Positions 41,044 through 53,500 of a stretch of DNA of 64,000 bases are shown here, one piece after another; the stretch's first letter is position 1; every line of letters begins with the position of its first letter. Where the stretch lies: NCBI GenBank assembly GCA_002633005.1, contig NMRA01000594.1, forward strand, positions 71,976-135,975. Reading direction: 5' to 3'. The notes under the pieces were generated by a model. That model was not told the DNA's origin, made no database searches, and saw only the letters and a program-made list of their open reading frames with translations. The translations under genes were made by a program, and so were the position numbers. This DNA is from Phoronis australis. Its lineage: Eukaryota > Animalia > Phoronida.

Positions 41044-43989
41044 TACCCCATTTGAAAAATATCCTGTCCTGCTGTATAGAAGCCATTGTCGTCTCTATTA
41101 ATCGTGGACCCAAGAAATACAGATTAGGCAGACAGGGTAAAGTAATATGATCTAAAAATCTACTAGGAAAACCTTTTTCCCGACATCATTTATTGAAAGT
41201 ACACATAGACACATCAAATAACAAACATGATAAAGAACACAACCCAAAATCAAACAGCGGAGGGATGTCATTCACACATTTACGCATTAGCTTATTCACC
41301 ATTTAGTAGTAATAATTAATGTAAAATCTGTCCTCACTTCTCATAAAAGAGTAAAATCACGGGCGGCTTAGCAATGCAAAAAGTGGGAGGCTATAGCCCC
41401 CCCCCCATCTCCCTATGGTGCGCCGCCCATGAAGTTACTCAAGATTTCCAGGCTGTATATTTTAAATACTGTAGTAATCCCGCACAAAACTAANTCGTGG
41501 ACCCAAGAAATACAGATTAGGCAGACAGGGTAAAGTAATATGATCTAAAAATCTACTAGGAAAACCTTTTCCCGACATCATTTATTGAAAGTACACATAG
41601 ACACATCAAATAACAAACATGATAAAGAACACAACCCAAAACAAAACAGCGGAGGGATGTCATTCACACATTTACACATTAGCTTATTCACCATTTAGTA
41701 GTAATAATTAATGTAAAATCTGCCCTCACTTCTCATAAAAGAGTAAAATCACGGGCGGCTTAGCAATGCAAAAAGTGGGAGGCTATAGCCCCCCCATCTC
41801 CCTATGGTGTGCCGCCCATGAAGTTACTCAAGATTTCCAGGCTGTATATTTTAAATACTGTAGTAATCCCGCACAAAACTAAAAAAAATAACACACATGT
41901 TCTTTCCTCTACATTTACCATTGTCAATATAATGTGACCCCAACGGTAATAAAATCTTACGGAGCAGGTCTAGGATTCTAACAACGTCGGACATGAATAT
42001 TTTCTAGGACAGGATGTGTACATGCCCACCAGCACAATTGCTAATAACCTCGGTTTCAATGTGAATCCAGAATTTTATTCTAAGTCACTACCCAAAAAGG
42101 ACGTTGATACCTCAGCTGACTTTAAAAAAAAACACGTGTCGTCTTCCCTGACTGATAGATTTTCAGGAATGTGTTTGTGAATAGAATTCTACTGAAGAAT
42201 ATAGACCGGAGCCATCTAATTTTCAGGCTTATTATGACGGAATAATGAAGAGCCCACGTCTGAAGGTCTTGATCAAATATAAGGCAAGTGACAATTTTAA
42301 TTTCGCTTTTCAGTCATTCTGAGTTCACAAATACGGCGACATCCTAAACCCTTATCCACAGCATACCTAAAAATTGGGGAAGCCAAGCAGGTATACGTAT
42401 GCTAATTATGAAATCTTAGAGGCATGGAACGTTAAAGCTCCTCAAAATGTATTTTACCAACTCATGACGAAAGTACCATCTCGTAACGTCTAGTACAGTA
42501 TTGTTTAACTTTCCCGTGTGAGGAAATTTCAATAAAAATCGCAAAATGCATGATTTTTCAAAAACGTGAGGAGAAAAAACTCCGATTACCACAGAGTTTA
42601 TAATCCCCTCCCCACTTAGGACGAATGCGAGCATGCGCTCGAAGTCACTTGCTTAATATTTCTGGAGGAAAAGGTCACGTTTTTATAGAGGGAAATGTGC
42701 TGCATCTATATCTTGCCATACCAAATAAGTAGACGTGCTTTGGCATTTTGGGGGAAAATCGACAGTGGCGATAAGCTGACAGATCGTTTTTTTCTTATGC
42801 TAAAAGAAAGTTTTTTGGTTTCAATAGAAATTAAAAATCGTTGTGATTAAACCCTTAAAATACCTGGTGATCATGTTAAATTCTCCTTCAGTGATCGAGG
42901 ATCACTTTTCGTATTACAGTTTAGTCTGTTGATCGCGTTCCAGGCCTCTTTGAAATAGAGTATTTATTTTTGACATATGTTTAGCACAGGCCACATGCTG
43001 TTGTACTTCAAATACTTCGTTTTCAATGCTAAAGTTGTTTGAAGCGTGATCATACTTTAGTTTTGCCATATACCATATGCTGGGAAATATTCAGAACTTG
43101 CAAACTCTACAAAGCAATTTCTTGCAAAACAAGAACAAAATAAAAGGACTGGCATTTGAAAAAATGTGGTACCAACATCTAACTAATACGTTGACTGACA
43201 ATGTTTTTATTTAGCTGGACAGAAGTATCCTATTATGCAAATATAATGATCAAAACGGTCTCCCACGGCAAATGACGTCGTATGTGGGTAGCAAGTTATT
43301 CATGCTACGGGAGATTACAGCTGTTTTCCTTTCCGTGTTAGATATAACATTATATTTCGCATGGATATCGTACCTTGAGTGCACATCAGCTGGTTACCAA
43401 TAAAGCTTGTCATTACCTTCATTATAACAAAGAAAAACAAAATGAACAATGAATACCCCAATCCACTGATCCATATGCGACCAGCTATCGAACTAGTTTC
43501 CAGTTGAAGTTGGAGGTAATGTACTGAAAATTTCCAGCATATGAAATAGATTGTAAACGTATGTTCTCAATCACATTTTCTCCCGAGATAAAGTCCATTT
43601 AGTTGCCGTGAATGGTTGTCTAAAATTAAAATAGCTCACGACAAAAATCTCATTATTCACCCAAGAATAGTTTTAAAACATGCAACTGCAAAGCTGTCTG
43701 AGCCTGGGCTCTTCTAATTCCCCATCTGTGTCAAAAGTTATTCAAATGTTCGGACAGGTGACAATATCTACGACATATAAATTGATTGATGTGTTCCACG
43801 CAACCTCGTACAAGTTTTCGTTTCCTCAGCTCATAGTTATTGATAGATTTTCTACGCAAGGCGTACATGTAGCATTTTAGGTTGAAAGTATCATTATTCA
43901 TTGTAAGCTAAAGTGTTGCCTACCAATAAGGTTGCCAACATCGTGCGGCATGCATCTTAGAGCCTTCTGAGCTTTAGCACAGTCAGCTA

Positions 43990-44333
43990 TCACAAATGAA
44001 AGCTTGCGTTTAAATCCACTTTGTGAAGTGATCTAGAACCAGGCGAGGTAGGCGAGGTAGGCGAGGTAGGCGAGGCAGTAATTGTCGCTGTTGTCGAGGG
44101 AGAAGGGTCAGTTCCTTTGGAGAGCAAGAACATCTGTTTTGTGAAAGTGCTGTTGTGAGTTGGCATCTGTGAGGTTAAGCTTTCGTCTTGAAAATACGTC
44201 TTTTGTGACACCTTTCCTTGCACAGTTGTTAGCATGTCCGTGAAGTGTTTTGACGAGTGGTCCTTTCCAACAACTTCACAGAAGACCTTGATGTAGAGAG
44301 AGCCTTCGTCGGGATATCGGTAAGCATAGTGAC
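43990..44333 (-). CDS. Caspase terminal exon (p10 small subunit + Ser/Pro/Thr tail)
   Basis: tctgcag acceptor; translates GHYAYRYPDEGSLYIKVFCEVV...FTDMLTTVQGKVS...QMPTHNSTFTKQMFL...*, matching the caspase p10 consensus. Confidence 0.92.
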
Positions 44334-44477
44334 CTGCAGAGTATTAATTTCACTTTGTCATTGATGTTCTCTGTCAAGTGCAGTCTGACTCATGAAAACC
44401 GCAAAACGTTGCCGTTTTTTCAGGCTTTTAGCTGTTTCAATAACAAATATACTTCACCGACAAAGTATGAAATCATC

Positions 44478-44508
<31 letters not shown>

Positions 44509-47500
44509 TTTATTTATTTATTTATTATTGTGATATTTAAAATGAGGGTGGCCTCTTCAGTGATAGCACTGCTTTCCAAGAGGGCCCTCAACAAGAAAAA
44601 CAGAAATATAATACAATGAAGTAATAAAACAACAATGAAATATACGTAACAAAGATACAATTAAAACAGTTAAGGTTGAGAATTAAGACAATAACTAAAT
44701 GACAAATAATGGTAAAAAATTAACTAAGACAGATGAAATAAATTAAGAGATGACCCTAGACAATGAGAGTATTTACGACAATGAAACAATGACATGATTA
44801 AGATAGGCAGGGTATAAAAGGTTAAGTAAATTACAGCAATGTCTGATCAATCTTTTGGCTGCAAAGACCAACATTCTCCTTTTATCTGTTTAAATGAATT
44901 AAAATGTGAAGGTATGCTAGGGTTCCCTAAGCAGGTAGCTTCAAACGAACATCAAATTGAAACAAGGCTTTTAAAGAGAATGTTCATTGAACACTGAAAA
45001 ACAAGATTAGCAAGAGTGTGGCCTAGTGAGATAAGTGTCCACTAACTTCACTCCAAGTCGTAGCTTCAGATCCCACTGGGCACACTGCAAGACCATTGAT
45101 TCGGATTATTAGCTCCTCACCTCTATTTTAACTACATTAAAGCAAACATGATTCTAGTAGGTGATCAGTGCACCTGAGCGCACTGCGCATGACTGATACA
45201 AAGTGTAGGGGGTTAACAAGTGTGTTCTAAAGCTCAAAAGAAAGGTAGTAATCACATTTAAGCTAAAACTTGACTCATCGATTTCCAATGCGGAGTTCAT
45301 GCCACCCACTCCAATAAAGAAATCGTGGTGTCTTCTCAAGCAAGCGTGCCTGCGAAAGAACTATGAAATGTTTTGGTGTAGGAAAGAATGCACACATAGC
45401 CGTCATTTGGCCCTACTATATGAAAATTTTGGCCGATACAAGACGGTAAGCGGGTGTCGCAAAACGTGAAGCTATATTCACATAAAACATTGCCTCTACA
45501 TCAATATGCAGCGGGACTATCGAGACTATATTTCCATAAACGCTTCCTGTTGTTATATTAAAAAAAACTGTTAAAATACATTGAGATTCTACCCATTTTC
45601 ATATTTTACAAACAGATAAAGCAAAAGGCCTTACCTTCTGTTGTTGCGTAAGCCGTAACAATGTTTGCGTTAGGCGGTGGAAAGAAGACTGGCACGTGTG
45701 TCGAACATTCTTGGTCAACATGTGCTTGTTTGAAGCTTGTTGGTCCATCAGTTGTGATCACAGGAATGTTGACCATGTTTCCGCGACACGCTTGGAAAAT
45801 AAACACTTTTGGAAGGTCTGGAATAGAGAGTTGTTGACTGAATTATGATATCTAATCCGGTTTTGTCCTTTCAACGTTTACTACAAACGACATTCTCCTC
45901 CATTTTTCTGAGACAAATAAATACTTTGGAAGCATCGACAATCCTCACAGCCTTGAGGAAAACTTGAATATTCTTTACAAAGTCTGCGAAAGGGCAATTT
46001 TCAAGAGAAATGTTTGGTAAATTACGAAAATTTTAGGGAAAGACTGCCAATCAAAAAGCATAACGTAATTTACAATACATGGAGTGTGCAGTTTTTGCTG
46101 TATCTTGATTCTATCACCCAGGTAGGACGCTAAAATGCATTAGCAGGTGACAGAATGAGATTTCGTTGAAATCACCAAAACCTGGTTTAATATATATCTA
46201 AGCAATGAGCGTCCCGTTTTTGTCCTATTGGCAAAGTGAGGAGAAAGAACCTGTTTCATATGTAATCGCCCGAATTTTACTAACATAATAATGATTTTCA
46301 TCCGACACACGCCATGTGTACACCTTCGCAGTTCAGTGCAAAATTAAGCTGTAATGATAGGAATTGTAATTTTAATTTTCAAAAAATGATTTAAGATCTA
46401 ACTGGTGTCCAGAATGTCATTTCAATGAAAATAAGTGACGTGGAGCACATATGTTTTATAGCTATTCAAGGTACATCAATTTCCTCCAATCAGGTGCATG
46501 TTTTATGAAAAGTGGCCTCAGACAAACCTGAGACAAAATTTGGCGTTACACCCTCAATTTACAACCACCAAATAACGGGTTATCCAAGTAATCATGAGAG
46601 CATCACGGTCTAGAAATAAGGTACCGAACTTTACCATGTATTGTCATCGAATCAGTTAATATTCTTTCGTAAATAGCTTAATGGAGTGTAACACATAAAT
46701 GCTGGCTGAAGTCCTAAACTTCTTTTTGATTAACACACTACCATTACGTGTAATGACGCAGCGGTGCAAGGACTCGAACTCATCCAGGAATCGATTTCAC
46801 GTGCAGCGAAAGTCAAAGACAAAAACATTCCCTTTGGCCACTTTTCATAGTTGCTCACTCGCATCAGGACTGCGTTAAACTTACTTGCATTTACTGTTTA
46901 AGGCTAATTGTTTCTGAAATAACGAAGACTAGTTCGTCAAACTTTGACACCAGTCATACTGGACACACCAGTCAGCCTCCAAGACATCAAGAAGTGGTGC
47001 CATTTTGTTTCCTAGCAGTTCCATTGGCAGTTGTCTCAATTATTGTGGTATGTAAGACATTTTCCGGCTACGAATTGTGTACACTTACATGTAGTTTATA
47101 GAATACATTAATGTTTCAGATGATTTCACAGAGAAATTTTTTGAAAGTAAAGCATTGGCTGCGCAAAATATTGACAGGAATGAGTGGGACTCCTACCTTT
47201 CATTTCTTTCAACTTATCTCCTTGGAAGGCTTCAATTATTTTCTCTTGGTTCAAGTACTTCTGGTCAGACGTTAGAATACCTTTCTGTAACAAAGTGGAA
47301 AGCAATATAAGACACAGTTACATTTTGCTTTTATGGTTTTGTACAAACTGCTTTATTAGCTACACCCTTAATACGTTAAAGGAGAATGCCACCTGATTTA
47401 ATTAGTCTTATTTGCCGTCTTAGTCGGTCTATATCCACATCGCCTGGCATACGGTCGACCTTACATTGCCAAGTGCTGTCGCGTTAACCTGTTAGCAATA

Positions 47501-50500
47501 TGACGGGCCATTGGGGGTAAAGTGTCGCCGGAAAAATACCTGCGTAATTATGTACATTACGCCGTTATTTACGCCGTTAATTACGCCGTAAAATTAAGAG
47601 CGTAAATTAATTCTTTACGGCATAAAATTACGCTCGTAAGTTAGTATAAACTCTTAGCCAATGACGTTGGGTTTTACAAACCACGGTCGCGCGTGCCCAT
47701 AGAAATACCTATTTACTGACGGGTTACATGTCTACGATACGAGCACTGAATCATGGCGGATCAAATCGCTGCTGCAATGTCAGCGATTGTGCAAGAAAGG
47801 AACGTTCTTAAGGTATTTTACGAGGGTAATTCACGGCGACATTTCTCCCATTTAATTTACGAGCGTAATTTTACTGCTGCAACACTTTTGCAATTTACGC
47901 TCGTAATTACGAGCGTAAGTTTACGGCGACACTTTCCCTTCAACGGCCCACAATACAGGAAGGTGAGTAACGACGCTACCGACGTCAGTGGTTCATATGC
48001 AGAGTGAATGCCGCTATGTTGCGGTGCATTTTTCCCGCTTGTCCGAACTAAGCAGCTGCGAGGACAGCGGGTATATCGTTTTTTTACTTCCTCAAGAGTC
48101 CGAAATGCTTAGGAAGTGGCTCGTGGTAGTGAAGAATGAAATGTACGCTGTAAATAGCAAGTATGAGGCCGTGAAAAATCTCCGTGTCTGTGGCCTGCAG
48201 ACGTCGAAAGTGCCTGACGAATGCCGGCTTACCAAATAACTAAATACGTTCCGTTATCTGAGCTTGTTCACGGCGCCTCTCTAGTATTTATTCATCACTG
48301 TATTCCTGTTCAAATTGATAATCTGCAAAACTTAACGATCCACCTGAGAAGTCGGGACTAATGAGCTCTAGCTCGTCCTAATTCGGGCTTGCGAGTTGCC
48401 ATGTTGGTGTTTATTACTGAGCGTTCTGTTTCAAAATGAATTATTCCCACCCTAACCAATACTTATATAAAACTGAAACAAAGTCTGTCTCATTAGATGC
48501 AATTTGTAATGCCTTTGGAGTGTTCGTGAGTGCAAATGATTTGAGAAGCCAGCAATGAATAAATCGGTGCGTTACCGGCTTTAGGTGCAATAAAACTAAT
48601 TGACGGGACACCGAGGCCGTGTGAGCTCATGCTAATTTAGTGTTTGCTGACTGAAACTGCTGTGAAACCATTCGACTTCCATCCCACGGCCAGGTGTTAG
48701 GGGAATCTTTATTTACATTTACATTACTCAAATAATGATTGTCAATGTACAACTTCTGCCNNNNNNNNNNNNNNNNNNNNNNNNNNNNNNNNNNNNNNNN
48801 NNNNNNNNNNNNNNNNNNNNNNNNNNNNNNNNNNNNNNNNNNNNNNNNNNNNNNNNNNNNNNNNNNNNNNNNNNNNNNNNNNNNNNNNNNNNNNNNNNNN
48901 NNNNNNNNNNNNNNNNNNNNNNNNNNNNNNNNNNNNNNNNNNNNNNNNNNNNNNNNNNNNNNNNNNNNNNNNNNNNNNNNNNNNNNNNNNNNNNNNNNNN
49001 NNNNNNNNNNNNNNNNNNNNNNNNNNNNNNNNNNNNNNNNNNNNNNNNNNNNNNNNNNNNNNNNNNNNNNNNNNNNNNNNNNNNNNNNNNNNNNNNNNNN
49101 NNNNNNNNNNNNNNNNNNNNNNNNNNNNNNNNNNNNNNNNNAGTTTCCGAGCCACTGGCCGGGATAACGAGTCAATCCGGCCGGCCGCGACGGGCCTGAT
49201 CGGGCTCCGAGCCACTGGCCAGGATAACAAATAATCACATGTCTAAACAACACAAATTTAGGTTCTCCTGCATGTCTGTATTTCACGGAAAATACTTTGA
49301 AATTATCTCCGAACAGACCCCAAATTCCTGCTACGGAAATTGGCCTGCCGAGCTTTGTAGCCTACGGTGTGTCCAAATACCAATAAATCCATAAGAGCGA
49401 AATAAAACTACACGTTTTTTATGAACTCGGTGTATTTTTAAGTGTTTTACATCGAAGTTTGATGATTTATTGGTGTTAAACGATGACTTCAAGCGATAAG
49501 CTGACACCAGTAACCCGTGTTGTGATCTGCTGAACAGACTGCCTGTGAAACCGATGACGTCGTTGGATAATTTCAACGCCTCCGTCTGTCGTCAGGTGTC
49601 AGGTAATGCAACCGTACGTGTCGTTACGGAGTAGAACTACTCGATCTAAATTGATACAAATTAGGTTGTATTTTGAGTGGCATGCTCCTTTAACGCAGCT
49701 CTGTCTCTGTTTTCTTTGCTGATGTGTTAAACATTTTTACATCATATTGATTTGCCATTTTTCATTCATATGTCAGGACAATGTCACTGCTGGCCAACAA
49801 TATGAACTGTTGCGATACGAAATGGTATGTATTACAAGTTGTATTATTTGAACTACAGACAAGCTCGTTTCAATCCAGAACAGAAAACGTCGAAGCGTCT
49901 TGAAGAATAAGTTTGTTTACCTCGTCCCCATGTGAAAAGATAAAAACCAGTAACTGGGTGTGCTTTTTCTCTTTCAATAAATCTCGAACATTGCGTAGTA
50001 TCTGCGTCATTCTTTGTAAGGTGCAATCACGGTAGTCTTGCACGTCATACTCTCCTTCCACAGTCTCTTTGAACAGACTCTTCACTTTTTCTTCGTCCTT
50101 TTCGGATCCTAATAATACGAAAACCCAAGATCAACTACAAAAATTATTACATTATCAATACCTGAAAATTTATTTTCAAATTTCGCGTTGACAACGCCAA
50201 ACATCGATACATTACAACATCAAACAGCAGGTTTGAGTTGTGCAAGTTCAAAAAAGGTAATATCGCAACGACCAAATGCCATCGCTTTAATTAGTCATTC
50301 TTCCGATAGGTGCCGTCGGTTCTATGGGTATTTACATGTCAGCTTCATTCGACTGGGTATAAGTCGATATTTGCAGAAATAGTCAACGTTCTGGAGATTG
50401 CTTGCACAGTACATAGAAAAATAATACATTGGGCGCTAGGCAGCTAATTGAAATGAGTAAACTGTACAACGTTAAATGGGAAATCGTCCTTACAACAGCA

Positions 50501-53500
50501 AAGTCGACCTTATGAGTCAGATTTGAAGGTTAAAAGAAGAACTGGCGCGAAATGAGTTCATCATTTAAAATGTTAATAATAAATATTTAGAATTTAGTTA
50601 GGGCTGACAAGCAGCAGGCGCGCACAAGTCCCTGACAGACATCTTACACAGACCAAGGCAAAACATTGGTAAGGATTATCTGTTTTGTCAAGTACTGTTA
50701 AGTAAAAACCATAGGACGCACTTACGCCTGTCGAATGAATGTCGCAAGTTAATCAATTCCTTAAGTGCTCAGTGCGACGTCATTCGCCATGGGCTCTGGT
50801 ATCCCAATGGGCTAAGGTACCAATATATACAAACAAGACAACAACAAAGGTCGCAAAATACGTAAGTCATCATAAAGTAATAAATCATTTAACCTGAACG
50901 TGTCATGGCACTGTCCTTTATTCCTTTCTTTCCAAAAAAGTTGATGTTGTTGATTATCACAACCATCCCACGGCCGGTCTTTGGATAAACACCTTCAATT
51001 AACAAACAATGAAAGGGTGTTTCTATATAATTCCAATGCACTGTCAATTCACAACTACTTATTTTGGGCTACTGGAAATGTAAGGTACTTTGTCAACAAT
51101 TAATCTTCCAAATCACAATTAATGTTTAAAGCAATTTTAGCACCGATGTATTGTAATGAAACTGAACACTGATGTATTGCAATGAAGCTCAACGCGGATG
51201 TATTGTAAAGAAACTGAACACTGTTGTATCGTTAAGTAACTGAACAATGATTTAAATAATAAAAGGGATGAGAAGACGAGTATAGACGGTACTAAGGCAT
51301 TTTTAAAATAGAACGTCCGGAGCAGTGCGCTGCTCCTACAATGAGTAAAGACAGGTTGAAAGATACACGTGGACGAATAGACAAAATGGAAAAATATTTA
51401 TTATGAGTCCATTCATCCCATTGTGGATATTTCTCCCAAAACCATACATGGCACGTGCAATTATACAATCAGTACATCTTCTGCTACACAAATCTTTATC
51501 ACATTTGTATAATATTTATTACGAAATCGTCAGTACAATGAATAATCATTGCCCAGAAAGAGCCAAGAGGCATTATAGCTGGGTTATATAAATACAAAGA
51601 AAACTATTTAAAATTATTATGCACAAATACATAAATTGAAAAACAATGACATATGATTACGAATGTAAATAAATCATTTTCATACACATTAAGTACATCC
51701 TGCAGTTTGAAGTTGGCGTAACCGTGGTTTAACATGCTTGGCCCTTCAATCATACTTGAAGATTTAAAAGGAGATAATTTCCATCCTTACTGCAAGCTTT
51801 TGACGTTGATTTGGGTGACAAAGTTATGACAAGTTATGTACTAGTAGTTAATATCTGATCATAAGCTTAAATATGCCTAATAGATTGTGGCACTTAAAAC
51901 TACTTTTCAATGCGAGATGTCCCAAGTTAAATTGGATATAGGTAAGAACTGCAGGCATGCAAACGTTAATTGAATAAAACAACAATACATATAAACAAAC
52001 CTTCTTCTCGTGTGCCTGGAGCGGTACCTTGAATAATGTAGTTACTTGCTTGAAAAAGACTCATGACAAACTAAAATAAAAAATAAGTAATCAAAATTGG
52101 TTAAATACGCGACACTTGTCATTGTTGACTTTCTTTATTCCATTCCGTTCGTATCCTCGGAAGAAAGTTCGACAAGAGAGTACTTATAATTTTAGGTAAC
52201 CGTAATTAACAACTACGATATTCTATATTAATGTATACACTGTTGTTTCAAATGGCACCGCTCTTAATTTAAAATGTTCTAGCTAGGAAACGCAGAGACG
52301 CCTTTAAAGGATTCTTATTGACGTCGACTGAAGGACCCCGAATCGCAATGCTAGTTCATTTCCATAAAAAGCAAAGCATGATTTTGCAGAATACCGACAC
52401 TTTCAATCCCTTACTAGTTGGAATCCTCATATTTCTCAACAATCGTACACTAGTTCACTTGGTTCAGACGAATAGGTCAAGAATCCAATCCACGAACTCA
52501 AACTTATAATGCATGATTTGAAAGTTAATGTTTCACAGTCGTATAAGCTCCAGATCATTGTATGAAAGGGCACGGAGATCGGGGAGAAAAGCCTGTTATA
52601 CGTGTATAATTTAGGGATCATGAAAAAACATTTAATGGGACAATTAAACGTCACTAGAGCCCAATAACGTGAAATATATCCGCCTTTCGCCGGTACTGGA
52701 TAAAGTACAGTGCATTACAAACACTCGAGTTCTGAACCTCATTTGGTCAGTCACCGCGGTCGTCCCTTCCTGGCGTGTGTCCTCTGTGAGATTAATTGCA
52801 CATCACCCATTCTTGCTCTTGCTGATTTCTACCTTAGAAGGACCTCAGACATCTCACGAAGTCCTTCCACCTTACTTAACATCCAGACGGCAACGATGTG
52901 GAAAAATGGCGAACGGTGAAAACGATACACAAAACCTCGATTTCACATGGTCAAGGTGACTTCACGTAAACAAGACAACCCACCTTCACGTCTTCGCATT
53001 GGATAAACAGATTCACAGCAATGTTACAATTTAACACAACTACCTGAAAATAACAACACGCAGTCTGAGTTTTAGATACAACTCTGAGATTGGCTTCACG
53101 AAAGTGTCTTTGCAACAACCGGAACCAAGCTATCATTGAAGAGTTGCATGGCGTCAAGTACATTGTTCATCACAACAGTGCAACGTTTGGTAATTCTAAT
53201 TCAATGATGCTATCCGGTGCACAACTTTTTTTTCAACGATGCCCATATCGTGTGACCAAGAGATGAAGTCACGGGAGTAACGTTAACCTACAGTGTATAT
53301 TGAACACGATGAAGTCAAGTAAACAATTTTACCGAGGAATTTCACAACTGAGTGGCATGTACAGTGGGCACCGATGTAGAACCTCAGACCTTGGACGACT
53401 AGAAGGGATTCGACAGTGGGGAAAGAAGAAACTTTGTGGGAACGAGCCCCAAAACTACACTAGATACAAACCCAAACAAGCACTGTAATGAACTTTAAAC

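Larger units (their letters stand above)
47380..49689. mobile_element. Kolobok-type DNA transposon derivative with THAP remnant, in a caspase intron
   Basis: TTAA on both flanks; TIR AGGAGAATGCCAC / GTGGCATGCTCCT; THAP-like C..SGY..FLLP.E..RKW..VKN...LRVCGL at about 48000-48240 (+); spans the N gap. Confidence 0.75.

Noticed and set aside
41102-41882. About 390-bp tandem duplication
   Set aside because: Same signature, with a single N at 41494; likely an assembly artefact
45015-45090. tRNA-like A/B boxes
   Set aside because: Too degenerate for a tRNA gene; at best an old SINE head
48627-49286. Long ORFs in several frames
   Set aside because: Produced by the N gap
49870-49920. Apparent premature stop after SHGDE in the caspase ORF
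   Set aside because: A GAG|gtaaac donor at 49921/49920 splices in frame to the 47284 exon, so the stop is intronic
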